Positions 26,101 to 41,100 of a stretch of 60,000 nucleotides of DNA are shown piece after piece. Under the pieces are notes generated by a model that worked only from the letters and a program-made list of their open reading frames with translations, made no database searches and was not told the origin of the DNA. The stretch spans positions 18,912,001 to 18,972,000 of the forward strand of contig NC_087251.1 of NCBI RefSeq assembly GCF_037042905.1. The letters are read 5' to 3'. Position 1 is the stretch's first letter. Every line of letters begins with the position of its first letter. Made by a program: the position numbers and the translations under genes. Source of the stretch: Lytechinus pictus (taxonomy: Eukaryota).

Positions 26101-29100
26101 CAAATATTTCAAAATCAAGCATGGATTGGTAATAGCTATAAATTAATCAGCTGAATTATGTGAAAATATGGACAGGCATTTAAAATGGAGTTATCTGCTC
26201 ATGAGTAAATACTGCAAATATTTTGTATGTTTACATATGTAAAGATTAATTCCACAAGAAGATCTTATTGATTCAATTTATAAAAAAATAATGAAAATAG
26301 ACAACAGAGTATTTCATCAAAGTATCTAGTGAAATTAGAAGATAATTGGATTGTCACATTTTCAATTTTTCAGCAAATATGCATGAACTGACATGCACAT
26401 ATAAATAATGATGTCATACAATCACCATTTGTGCATTTTTTAAAATATGGAATACACATATATTAAATTTAGGACACAGAAACTCTCCAATGACTTGAAC
26501 TCAGTCACCAATATCGACCACAATAGGCATAACAGTTTGCATAACAATCATGAAAAATATCACAACTTTCTTATTGCACATTGTGGTTTCATGTAACTTT
26601 CAGTTTTATAGTCAATTCAACTAATTGAAGTGGACTTGGCATTTAGGAACAAAGAACTGACAAATTCATAACGGGTACTTAAAGAATGTTGTAATTAACC
26701 ACAAAAGAACTGTGTGTTTTATTATTAAAGCTTATAAATAAAAAACCAGCTTTTGCTTCAGAATTGCTGCACTCATAATTTTGTAATTTCTCCAACATAT
26801 CTCCATTTGGATGTTGAAGAAAAACCATTTGCCACTACAAACAAAGTCCAGTTTAGAGTCTTGTGAGAGGGAAGCTACTTTCCTTAAAGCCAAATGTACA
26901 TGTACAATGTAGATGGAGACTCACAACAGTCACATTATCCCCCCAGTCCTCTTCAGGGCGATTCTATACATGTCGTACGGGACATTTTGACAACAATTTC
27001 TAGTTTCCTAGCCGAATGCTTGAGCAATAAAATAGTCTATTTTTCAATGATAAAGCTATAGTGGGTAGTCATGTGAAAAACTAATAACCAACACAAAAAA
27101 AAAATGATTATGGGTAAATTATAGGTGAAAATGTTATGTGTCGTACGGGACGCAGAAATGTCCCATACGACACGCAACATTTTAAGCTCTAATTCACCTA
27201 TGGACAACATATTTTTGTTGGTTGTCAGGTTTTGCATGTCTTCCCAGTAGTACTTTAATATTACCCCAAAGCAAATTGAAGTTCTTCGTTCGTTTGGACA
27301 GCAGGCTGGAAATGTTGTGAAAATGGCTGATTTTTCTAGCATGGAATCGCCCTTCAGGGGCAGCAAACTTAAGTGGAGATGGGGGGGGGGTGGAACTGGG
27401 ATAATTAGTCCAAACTGGACTGATATAAACACTGCATATATTGCGCAAGTTATATAACAGGCAATTTATGAAAGCTGGAAACTTTATTTTTAACACTTAA
27501 AAGTTCTGGGTGTGTTCCTGAAAACTATATGAACTGCATGACTGAACATGTGCAATTAGAACATGTTCTTCTTTGCTATGAATTTCAATGGTCCTAAAGA
27601 ATTTTGGTTCCAATTCTATTCCAGTTTAGCATAAAATAAAATAGGATCTTTGTAGATTAAAATTCAGGCCAACTTTGTACCCATTTTTGTACATAACACA
27701 TCACCAGTTACATGTATGGGATAAGAAAGAAACATGTATAAAGTTATCAAAAGCTTTCTGAAACACACCCTGACTAGTATAAACCATCTAGTTTCCATAG
27801 CTATACAATTAATTATTACACACATTCACTGAAAGGTAGTTAATTTACTGCTCTGTTTAATTTTATGGCAAAATTTTACCAAAGGAAGCTATAAATAATT
27901 TCACTCTTCTGTGCAAGAATTTTGTTGTCAAGGATTTGGCATAAACTATTCATGATTCAAACATAGAGCTTCCAGTACTGTAGAAGTTGTAGTGATAATA
28001 TGGTACATGAAAGATCAACCAACAACCAGTTTCCCCATATGAATTACCAAAATGGTCTTACATTGTGGGTCCTCTTGTACAAGTAGTGTGCAAGTTTAAG
28101 TCATTTTATAGTCAAAACTACAAGGGCTATTTCTCATCCCCCCCCCCCAAAAAAAAGACCTAATATAACAACATCAGTATGAAAATCCCAGCAAAAATAG
28201 ATTTCCAAGAAAAAGAAATCAAATTCATAAAATGTACAAAAGAACAAAACAAGCTCTGCAGCATGCATGTAGGCAGAAGACAATGCAATATAATAGCAAC
28301 AGAACAAAATAAAATGGTAGACAAAAATTGAATTTGAAAAGTGGAAAAGATGGAGTCAAGTGCGAAATAAAAAAGATGGCCCAAACTGAATTACCTTTCA
28401 GGTATTGGGAAGCTGGGGATGGATTCAAATTAATAATGATATTAAGCAAGTGTAGAAAGAGCAAACATGAAAAACGAGGAAAAAAAAAAATATTCCAACA
28501 ACTGCATGTTCATTTGATTAAATCTTTTTTTTGTCACAGCAGTGAAATAATTTTGTAGTCACATCAAAGAAACTGTCTCAAGACCGATCAAAGCTATCAT
28601 GTTATTTGAATAAGCATACATATACCATCGGTGAGTTTTGGATTGGTTTCGTTGGTGTGATTGCGAAATCACAATAAATGTCAAATCAGAAACTTGCACT
28701 CCAACAAATTATAAATGGTCACTTTCAAAACAAAAACCTCTTGATCACAATCACAATAATCACAATAAATGTCAAATCAGAAACTTGCACTCCAACAAAT
28801 GATAAATGGTCACTTTCAAAACAAAAAGCTCTTGATCATCACATTACACTTTTATGCTGTGATTAATCTATGAAAAGCATGATTCTCTGATGATTTTGAA
28901 CAAATTGCAAAATTCATGAATATTTCATGCAGTATTTTATTCTGGTTCTTCACAACTATTGTGTCATAAAAATTTACTTAGATAGCACTACATGTACATG
29001 TACAGTATAACATAAAATAGTGTATTACAATTGTGTATTAACATAGAAAAGCTTTATTTTCTTAAGAAAAAAATCAATAATAATTGATCAATAGGTAGAC

Positions 29101-32100
29101 AAGGGGGGTGTATTGGGGATGGGGAATGTATACTAGAGCAGGGATTACCTCTTCATACAGATTGAAAACAATATTCATGTATTGTCCCATGTTGAATCAT
29201 TAAGTCCTCCAATCAATTATAATCTTGTGAATTATTTGTAATTTATTGATTGTTTGCTTCTCACAAAAGCAATTCAATTTGTAATTAAGCAAAAATTGAC
29301 CATAAATTGTATGTACCAGGGTACTTTAAATTAATGTATAAATTTGATAGCAATTAATACATGTATGAACAATTGATACATAACTGAAATTTGCAATTGA
29401 TTTCAACTGACATTTTCAACTGATTGCATATATACATTTCTTACACCACCCTTTTAGAACAGGAAAGTCAACTAGTCTAATGGTGCAAAACTTATATAAA
29501 GCCCTACCCCCACCGAGTCCTTCACCCTCTTCTCAAACCCCTCCAATGTCACAACCTCCCTCACTATAATGCACTGTGCAGACAAATTCCAACAGCTGAT
29601 TTCATTGCAACTATTCCTACATTAGACGTGGATTAAAGTGTGATTACCATTAAGGCTAATTAATCAACCACAAGGTTTCATATGGCATAGATTAAAGAAA
29701 GATGGATGGTAACTTTGTTATATATTTAAAGGGAATCAAGCTCCTGTAAGGGCAAATCATTTCCAATGAATGGAGGTAATAGGAAACACCTTTTTTTAAA
29801 GTAAAATAAACTTTAGTTGAAAATTTGTCAGCATCTTCTGAGTTGTCTACAAAATCCTGTAATTTTGAGGCAAAAATCACTATTTTAGGATTATTATATC
29901 TAATGTTTTTAAACATTAACTACTTGATAATGTTTCTGAAAATTCAAAATGTACTCTGATTCCCAACCCAAATGAATATGTTGTCTCTATCCCCTATTTC
30001 CATGTGAACTGATTTGCCTTGTATACAAGATCCCTTGCACTCCTCTACGCAACACAATTTTCATGATTATATGAAGGTAAAAAAAACACATATTTTAATC
30101 TCTCAATGGAAATCTACTCCCCACAAAGAAAAGAACATTTAATGGAAGAGAAGCAGTCACAACCCAAATTTTATGAATTTAAGATCTGGAGTGAAAAAAA
30201 TTATGATTTAATCAGAGGACAGGGTTATAAGAACACATGTATACACATATCTTTAAATTATATGGATCAAAACAATTTGATCTTTATTATAGTCTTCAAG
30301 TTTCCTTTTCCTGAAAGAAAACTAACAAGACTTTTAGTGAACATTCAAATTCAAGAAAGACTCTGACTATAATTTCCTTAAAAAAAGACTTTAATTTGAA
30401 TTGCTGGAATGATTAAAATTGATTATGAGCATTCGCAAGAAGGGAAGCCTGGATTTTATAGCAAGCAAGCTTATGTATTTTGAAGCTTACAGTCTGAATT
30501 GCTACTCCAATTTTCCCATGTTAACTACATGAATATGGAAATGATGAAAATGATGTAAATATATACTTACCTTTTAATGTTTTATTATTGAGTAAACTTT
30601 CATAGGTAGTTGCAGTAGATTCAAGATTATCAGGCCTGCAAAAGAATTGTTGATAACGATTGTAACATTTCCTAATCCTGGTATTCATATGTCAACTAAT
30701 CCCTTTTCATTAAGCAAAGCAGGAAATTAACACAAATTTTCAAAAATCAAATAACCCACATTTTAATTTCATTATGTAAAACAAATGTGTTAAAATATAC
30801 ATTTGCAACGCACAGAAAATAAGGGTGAGCTGTGTTAAAACAAAGCCAAATCCAACTACAATCCATGATAGCATTTATTTTGTTAACTATAAACTTCCTT
30901 AACATTTCAATAACAATGATAAATAAGAAAATATTGAAGGACCAATACCTCTTTAAAACAACAAATATTTTTAATCTTTAACAAACATTCTCTTCCTTGA
31001 ATAAAGCAACAGGGTCCCTTAATACAATGCTTTGCAATTGGTTGTGGGGATGGTATAATGACTGATTTTACTGATCATTATATGGGATCAATTACACAAA
31101 TCATTAGCATCATCAATTGCTAATGGCCATGTTACAAGGCCCCTACTACACTTCTTTCTTTAGAAAGACCTGTCAGGTCCTGTCACGAGTATACTTTCAT
31201 AGAAAATATACTGAATGTGAAATATCTAGAAAAAAAATCAGTAGGAATAAAAAATTTCTGGGAACGGCGTGGCTGAGTTCCATCGGACTTCAAGGGCCTG
31301 AAACCTGTCATCAATCACACTGAAAGATCGGTTACTACAACTTTATCTTTTCAGGTACTTCAAGAGAAGTGAAGGTGCACTTACTTGAAGCAGTTTTCGT
31401 TGTAGATGCTACCCCATATTCTATGAGGTGAAGATCCTTTGTAACCAGTGTATCTCTCAGGGTTCCGTAATAAATCTACATATTCCATGTCACCAGAGTG
31501 TTCATCTGCGCAAAAGACGATAAAATATTGATTTTCTTGATAATTCTAATTATTTATACATCAGGTTTAAGAACGTAGCGAATCATATAACTTGGAATTT
31601 GAATACAGCCTTGAAGGATATGAATTTTCTTCAAATCATCTCTCAAAACTTACTTATTTCAGCAGATGTGTAATAATTAGCTCAATTCGATGAGCCTGCA
31701 CCTATGATTGTTTTTAACAGAAATACATGTATGGCGCAACATGAATTCTGTGGATCATCATCATCAAGTAATGCAGACCATTACATTTACACAAGTAAAC
31801 AACTCAAATACCCATATTTGATTTGATTTTTTATTTGTTCTTGTATTCCAAGTGCAATTCTATATTACAAAAAATATACATAGACTTATATGTTTAAATG
31901 AGCAATTTCAGATACAGAAGAAACTGTTTTGCATTCATAAGATCTCACTTTGCTTTGAAGTCATACAGATACAAATTGTTCTTATCACTGTGAATCCATC
32001 GAATCGCATTCATCAAATTACCCACCAGTTTTCAGTAAACATTCAAAAATTCATGTAGTTTTTGTCTCATATTTCATACTAGTCTGTCATAATAGATAAG

Positions 32101-35100
32101 TATTCTATTCTTTATTTGGGGGTGTGACCTCATGAATAAAACACAGTGAGTTGTCAAGAGATCAAACACAAATCATAATAAACAGCTAAGTGGTATTATG
32201 AATAGGCTTTCTAATGTTTCTTTTTTTAATAATTCCTAATTTTCAGTGTATAATGTAGAATTTTATATATTTTGTTCACTTTCTCTTCAAAATAAACTCT
32301 GACTCCCACCTTCTTTTTCACAGAAGTTGAGCTGAGCATCATCATGAGTTTTCCACTGCTGAAAGGCTAACAGATTCTCCTTGCTAATGGTTGTATCCAG
32401 TGCTCCTAAGGGATCCACCTCCTCCTCCTCCCTATTCTCCTCATCACATTCTTCTTCTTCCTCTTCTTCATCATTGATTTCATCTGATGGCTTGTTAGAG
32501 TCAGCAGAATACTATCAAACAAGGCAGAAAGATCAGGGGAGCATCTCATCAACATTTTTGTCTGACAATTTTCCTTGATTTTGATTGTCTGAGATGCATG
32601 GTTACTATGGTAACACTCCCCAGGTGGAAGTTTGATTATGACTCAATTTAATTTAATTCACTAAATTTAATTGATCTAATTTCATAAATTCCAATTCAAA
32701 AATATATATAAACAGGTAAAAGTAGCACATCCAGAAAACAGATCTCAATCAAGATGTCCCCAGACCAAATACAAACAAAGTACACATAATAATATACAAT
32801 ATTAAGAAGTTGGTTACATAGAACATTTATAAGACACTGATAAATGAAAATAGATTACAACATACACAGTATATCAATATAATGTAAGAGTGGTTTATGT
32901 TAATATGACTGTTACTGTTTATCCATATATTTTATGGTAAGGGTAATAAGCTGAATATCTTTAAATTGTGCAGTCTTTTTTTCAATAAGAAGTATCTTTA
33001 GTTTATTTGTTCTCTGCAAATTTGAGTAAAGTGCTCAAAACAAATGCCATGAAACTGAATTAGAAATATTTGTGTAAATGTACTTACAAATTATTTTATA
33101 ACTACAAATGAAACCTGCACCTTAAATGTACATTTCAAAGTCAATTAATACGGAGAATATTATAAGGCAATGCAAACTTTTCTTCAAAAATTAAATGCTA
33201 GATAATAAATCTACATTGATAAAAACTTGCAGTGTAACATTGAAATTGTAACACCTAAGGTTAGAATGAGTATTCTTCATTATAACTAACCTTGTTTTCA
33301 TTTGACTCTTCTTTCAATCCACAAGGTAAATCATCCTGTTTAAATGTTAAAAAAGTATCCATTTTATTCCATTATCAAGGGAAAAGAGAGGGGGGGGGGG
33401 AGAGAAAAAAAGAGCCTACATATAAATTGCCTCTGAATTCACAAATAAGCATGCACTCAACATAAATATTCACAATAAATTGTAAATTGCATGTATGATG
33501 AATGACAGGAGATCATTATAATTCTGGTATGCATTCCACTTTATGAACTCAGCATATTACAGGAATTAACAGTTGATTGGTGTACCAGCATTGATTTTAA
33601 TACTGAACAAGAATATATGCATGACTGCGGGTGAAATTAATACAAAACTCATATTCTATTCCATGTGTCATGTCCATCCTCAGAAATGTATGCATAAGGA
33701 GGCAGAATACAATGGATGTGATCAGGCACAAATGCTTTAATTCACAAAGATAGGTTTAATCACTTCTTCTGACATCAGAGGTAACTCTAGATGTTAAAAA
33801 TTGCAATTCACCAAAGTTTCTTTATTAAAGTTAACCATGGGTTAAGGCATGTCAGAGCATGTAATTTAACATGTCATTGGCACCAAATGATGCACTTCAA
33901 AGAAGAAAAACTTATCTCATTTTTGTAAAGGGCAATTAATTCATAAGTTAAAGCTAACCCACCTTTATGAATTCAGGTCAAAATATGGTCCTGGGTCTTC
34001 ATGATTTCAAATGTTACTCAAAGGGTCTCCATAGAAATAACAGATCATATCATAACACAAATACCTCAAAAAACATGGAGACAGACAAAGAGAGAAGGTG
34101 TGAAGGGGAAAGGGATGGAGAGAAAGACAGATATAGAGGAAGATTGAGAGAGAAAGAGATGAATCAGAATCATGAAAAAAGAAAAGAAAGGGAGGAAAGA
34201 AGGGGGGGAAAATAAGGAAAAATAAAAGTGAGGGGAGGAAAAGAAAATATTAAAATGACAAAGAAAAGAAGAAAGATGGACAAAAAGAATGAAAATAGCT
34301 GAAGAAAGAAAGTATAATTTCTTTTTACCGGAGAGCATGGGCAGACATGACATCCCTTCATGGCACATCGGCTATCATCAGACCAAAACGGACATGGCCG
34401 ATGAAGGTTTACCTATCATAATCGGGGAAAAAAGAGAACAGGCAATATTAACTTCCAAACTATGGTATGGAAAACTGCCATAATGTAGTTAGTTAATTTA
34501 GCATTTTACAACACTGCCATACAAAATGTAAAGTAATCTCTGTTTGATTATTTATTTGCAAAAAAAACCCCACAAACAGTTCAAGGTGGAGATCATGTAT
34601 ACATAATTTATTAAAACCATAATATATAGAGCTTTAAACCTGTCTTGTCATATTATACATGTGGCTTCTATAGGAGAATATGACACTAATTTGCCTCTAT
34701 TCTTATTTAAAATCTTGCATACTGTATATGCAGGAAGTTGAGAATGTGCACAGATAAAAATCTTTAAAAACATTATCAATATTTTAAGTTTCAATTGTTC
34801 ATCATTGTTGGTTTGAACAAAACACAAGTTACAATATTATTATTAATGTTATTAGTTCTACTGCTACATGTATTATCATCATTTAAAAAATCACCATTAT
34901 CATTATCATCATCAAGATGGTCACAATAATCACTGTAAAAAATATTATTAACATCGTTGTTATCATCATCGAACAATGTCATGAAGATGATCATGATGAT
35001 TCAATGAAAGCATACCTGTCAGTATTTCTTTTCTTTAAAAAAATGAAATGATAAAACCTTTATAGCAACAGTGGTATAGCACACACACAGATTGCATCAT

Positions 35101-38100
35101 CAAGGTTTCAAGAGGTAGACAAACAATTAGTGAATGCTTATACCTTGGTCACATTTGTTCTACGGCGGCCGTACGGCGAGTCGAAACCAGCCGTTTAAAA
35201 AAAAATTTGTACCAGCTACATATAGGTGCTTTGGATGAAAATGAATAAAACGACTGTTTTCGACTCGCCGTACGGCCGCCATAGAGCAAATGTGACCAAG
35301 GTATAAGGCTCACAGCATGACATCAAGTCACTTGACTTTTACTCTCACATAGACCTCTTCACTTTAAAGAAACATTTAACAAACTTGTCTCTTTCTGTTG
35401 ATGCCCACAATCAAAGTATCGATTATTATGGCACAGATTATGGCATACATGGCAGATTTTTAAAGAGAGATAAATGCTATTTATGCTTCTATTAGAAATT
35501 GTTGCTCTCAAAAAACAAGGCAAAAGCAATTTTGTGTCTCGCCCACTTATAACCAGAAATATCGTGATTTGCGAGGGCACGAACAGAATTGTATCGAAAC
35601 TTCATAGTGAAATGACTGGGATGGAATAACACTTGTCATAAGAGCCTTGCACGTAAACTTTAATGTTGACCTGAAAATAACATTTGTCCTTACCGTGTGA
35701 CCTCCGACTGAAGCATAACATGCAGGTCGCCTAAGTAAATCTACCAACCAAGTTTTGTTGAAAAGTGACATACGGTTGCGGAGTTAGGTGTCATAAGAGA
35801 GTCTTGCATGTAAACTTTAACGTTGACCTGAAAATGACCTTTGACCTTACCATGTGACCTCCAACTGCAACCTAACATGCAGGTCCCCCAAGTCCATCTA
35901 CCATCCAAGTTTGGTTGAAAAGTGACTTACGGTTGTGGAGTTAGGTGTCATAAGAGAGTCTTGCATGTAAACTTTAACGTTGACCTGAAAATGACCTTTG
36001 ACCTTACCATGTGACCTCCAACTGCAACCTAACATGCAGGTCCCCCAAGTCCATCTACCATCCAAGTTTGGTTGAAAAGTGACTTACGGTTGTGGAGTAA
36101 GGTGTCATAAGAGAGTCTTGCATGTAAACTTTAACGTTGACCTGAAAATGACCTTTGACCTTACCATGTGACCTCCAACTGCAGCCTAACATGCAGGTCC
36201 CCAAATCCATCTACCATACAAGTTTGGTTGAAAAGTGACTTACGGTTGCGGTGTTAGGTGTCATAAGAGCGTCTTGCATGTAAACTTTAACGTTGACCTG
36301 AAAATGACCTTTGACCTTATCATGTGACCTCTGACTGCAGCATAACATGCGCGTCCCCAAAGCCCATCTACCATCCAAGTTTGGTTGAAAAGTGACTTAC
36401 GGTTGTGGAGTTAGGTGTCATAAGAGAGTCTTGCATGTAAACTTTAACGTTGACCTGAAAATGACCTTTGACCTTACCATGTGACCTCCGACTGCAGCAT
36501 AACATGCAGGTCCCTCAAGTCCATCTACCATCCAAGTTTGGTTGAAAAGTGACTTACGGTTGCGGAGTTAGGTGTCATAAGAGAGTCTTGCATGTAAACT
36601 TTGAAATTGACCTGAAAATGACCTTTGACCTTATCATGTGACCTCTGACTGCAGCATAACATGCGCGTCCCCAAAGCCCATCTACCATCCAAGTTTGGTT
36701 GAAAAGTGACTTACGGTTGTGGAGTTAGGTGTCATAAGAGAGTCTTGCATGTAAACTTTCACGTTGACCAGAAAATGACCTTTGACCTTATCATGTGACC
36801 TCCGACTGCAGCATAACATGCAGGTCCCCCAAGTCCATCTACCATCCAAGTTTGGTTGAAAAGCGACTTACGGTTGCGGAGTTAGGTGTCATAAGAGAGT
36901 CTTTCATGTAAACTTTAACGTTGACCTGAAAATGACCTTTGACCTTACCATGTGACCTCGACTGCAGCCTAACATGCAGGTCCCCCAAGTCCATCTACCA
37001 TCCAAGTTTGGTTGAAAAGCGACTTACGGTTGTGGAGTTATGTGTCATGAGGTTTGTGACGGACGGACGGACGACATTTTGATCCCTAAGTCTCGCCTTC
37101 ACCTCTGGTGGGCGAGACAATAAGAAGCATGATATATTACCAATTTTTAAAATTGACATCTCTGGTACAGAGACTGAAACAAAGCCTTATGTTTTATGGT
37201 GAAATTGAATTCTTGCAATATCTCTTACCTTGAAAAACTTGAAGTAATTCTTGGTTAGCAGGCTATTGAGAGGTGGGAATAGGCGTATATTGTTGAACTC
37301 ACTCACAGATTCCACCTTACATGTGCAGTCATCCACAACACCATTTAACTGAAAATGAGGGCAAAATGGCAACAAAAAAACCCCATTAATTTCCTAAATT
37401 CATAGTTTCTGACTGGTTCTGCATACATGTATGTAGGTATTCTGAAAAAAAAGTATCACGATCAGTTCTAATATGGAGTTATTTAGGCATTGTGGGTACC
37501 ATACAACAAAGGTTCTCTGACTTGCCCTATGATTTGATATTGGAGCTGATAATTTTTTAAATTTTTTTGCAAGTTAAGGAAAGGAGCCCAAAAGCATGAA
37601 TAAGTTAAAAATCAATTATTTGATAACTTTTTTTATATCATGATTCCATTTACATAGACCTGTATTAAAGAATAGCATTTTTTTAGTATTTCACTATCCC
37701 AACTCCACTAGAGCTTTATTCCTGCTTAAATCCTCAAATATTATGTAAAATAATTTTCAATCCCATTTTGTTTCTCATTTTCATTTGTATCTCTAAGATT
37801 ACTGAAAGTCTACACGACATGACACCGGTGACTACATGTAAGTACAGTAGTTGTTTGTTTTCCTAAAATGGTAATTACAGGTAAAGGTAGGCCTATACTG
37901 TCACTAAAATCATTCCCTTTTTACAATTTCTTTCGGAAAATATTTACTTTGAAAATGTCTTTTACAAGGTTTAGCCCTAAATTACCTGGGCTACTTTGCG
38001 AGCCTTAAGTCAGGGGGGGGGGGGGTGGGGGCTTTTAGGCCCCCTAAAATCTTGGCTGCACATCGCACTATCGTGACAAAAATTTGCACAAAGATAGAGA

Positions 38101-41100
38101 ATTACATAATCTACGTCACTGCATATTTATAAACTGCACAAAATTCAGATATCTTTTTATATGAATTAATTAATACTTTATTTATGAAATCATACTTTTT
38201 GCTCTAATTCACTAGATAAAGCTCCTAGAAAACTAACTTCTGGTGAAAATATTCTTTATGACATTCCTCACATCTATAAATGAAGAAAAATCCAGTACCA
38301 GAATGAATTAATTTCTTATGTATTTTATTGTTTTTTTTAATTCCTTTTGTATTTTTTTTTTTTCAATTCTTTTATCTAAATTGTATTTTAGACAAAATTC
38401 ATCAGGGTCCTTGATTCAGGGCCATTATTTCAGTCATAAATAGCATCAACTCAAATGACTGTTATCAATAAAAGTGAGAATAATGACTCATTTATTGATT
38501 TTAGATGAAACAGATTTTGTATCAACTTTGTACATGATATATACATTTTTAAGCAATTTTGGTCTAACATGCACTTACATAATGTTGTGTATGAACTTTG
38601 TGACCACATGCTCGGGCATCATAAATATGGTCGCTTTGAGGGTATTCATTTGTCTCGCAATCTACTATGGTCAACAAGGAAATTCGTGATCACTCTCGCA
38701 AAAAGTGATCACTAGCTTTCTAAGAAATTCGTGATCACTCTCGCAAAAAGTGTTCACTACAAGTTCATGAGCTTTCGAGTGCCGCTCGCTGCAACTCTTT
38801 ATCAAGTGATGAAAATTATCTGATAACGTAGTCTATTTATACCAATCCCCAGGACCGTACGCACGAATGCGGGAACAATAGGTGGGCACTGATCCGTTGT
38901 GTGCCCACCTCTTGTTCCCGCGTTCGTGCGTTCAGGTCATTGAAACCAAAGAAAACTTTAGTCACAATGTATCATCTCTGCCCACTCATTCATCTCCATA
39001 GGTGATATCATACAATAAAACTTAATATTCATCAATTTACTTATTCATCTTTTCAATGTCTGTCTTGATTTATTAATTCATTATAAAAGAAAAATTGATA
39101 TATATGGAAAAATTTGCAGGATATTGATAATACAAAAATTTGAAGAGAATAAAAAAGGACAAAAACATTTAAATATTTAGGTGAATATTATACTAGTATT
39201 GAAGAGATGAATCAATTAAAAGACAAACATTAAAAAGATGAATGTAATTCAATGTAGATCTACGTGTACTCACAATTCTTTAACTCACCATTACACTATA
39301 AAGAGCAGAATACAATCTAGGTTCAGTTAACCAAATCTAATGTTCTCTGCTTTTAAAGTGTAATGGTAATTTAAAGAATTGTGAAGAGTTCTGTATAGAA
39401 AATACATGTAGATGGATATAGATTATAGACTGTACATGAGGGAATGAAGGCCTTGAAAAGATTAACAATCCATGGATGAATCATACTGAAATTAGAATGG
39501 ACCTATGAAATGATGAATCTTCAGAGATAAATTATATATTTCTGTCTCTGACATATAAATTCTCTCAGTCACAATTTCTTTTTTCATCTATTAAAAATTT
39601 TCCCCAAACATTTAGATCTAGATATAAATCTATTTCTGAAAGTAAAGACCTAGACAAGAATTTCCAATTAGGACTATTATATTGGTAGCAGAAAAGTAAA
39701 TTTGACTTCAGTAGCCATGGCATGCTCTTCACTCCACTCCAGCTCCAGGAATAGCAAATCAGTAGAGGCGCACGGCCAATATTGGAGATTGTCTCCAATG
39801 TGGGTAGACCAAAAGCTTCAGTCTCTGTATTTTGGTTGTTCCGCTGAACTACGTTGGCTCCACTCACCATACATAGACTGAAGGGGATGGGGCCCCGTAC
39901 ATACAGCCAACGTATAGTGAACTAGCGTTTTATAGATCGCGATTTAAAACTGTTTTTTAAGCAAAATTGAAAGTTTCATGGTTTCCATTATCAGGGAAAT
40001 ATATATAACTTAAGTAATTGCATACCTTGGGCCGGAGTTATTGAAAAAAATCCTCTGGATGATTGAGAAATCTGTCATCTAAGACATTTTCACCTGACCT
40101 GACGGTTTTTCTTGCAAGTTGCCATCTTGAATGACGTCATTGTCGTTATTAACTTAATGTCTCGAATCGATATATCGCGATTATAACTAGTACTCGTAGT
40201 CGTACTAGTATAACTAGTATCGTTTATCTTCGGTTTCGTTCGCATATGGAGCAGATCGTATAATATCGAAAGCAATATCGATATCACATTCGTGATTGTT
40301 GACGTTCGTTTGTAAATATTTTATAGTTTGGCTGCCATTTTGACCATTTTTATCGTGTTCAACCCAATTAAACATCAGTAAAGTATATTTTTCATGCCTT
40401 TTTCATCTATATCGTTTAAAGTATTTAAATGTTGGAATATCATCAATTAAAAGTTTGTTGTTTATACATCCTTAAATTGTAAATTCGATGTGTAAAATTA
40501 CATCAAACTTTGGACTGTGAATTGACAAAAGGGAGGGAATGAGAACACATGTATGTGAGCCCACACGTACACCCTACCGTCGGTAAATGGGGATTACAGT
40601 AAAATGTCAGAAATTGTTGAATAAATCCCCAGAAACGACGGTTATTCCTGTCTACAATGTGGGAGACTTGTGTAAAGAATTTGGGTATCCAATTTCAGAG
40701 ACAGTCTCCAGTTTTGGAGTCCAATTTCCTTTGTTTACATTTGCTGCAAAAGGATTACCTTGGCGGCAAATAAAAATGTGATAAGCAGATTCCTCATGAA
40801 AAATTACCCCTTTTCACCGTCTTCTTTAAAAATTCACCATCTACTTTTGTTTTGATAAGGATTTTTGTTGTCAATCACACACAAAACAAATGGGCTTCCG
40901 ACCTGTGAGACAAAATTTTGGGTGGAAAAAATCATGCTTTTGTTGGTGTTGTTTCTTTTGTCCTTTTGCAAAGCAAGTCTCCAATGTGGGAGATTGTCTC
41001 CCCTATTGGAGAGAGTCTCCCATATTGGCTGTGCGCCTCTACTGCAAATGATTTACACTCTCGCTCGTCTTAAAGTTGAATCAATCCATGATTTGAATTT

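Noticed and set aside
33967..34368. Charged or Phe-rich ORFs here and at 20839-21212
   Set aside because: Purine-rich low-complexity intron sequence; only the parts overlapping true ERO1 exons are coding.
35635..37044. Regular arrays (also 46700-47470, 57900-58980) as CRISPR
   Set aside because: Whole units repeat with no unique spacers, no cas genes, eukaryotic intronic context.
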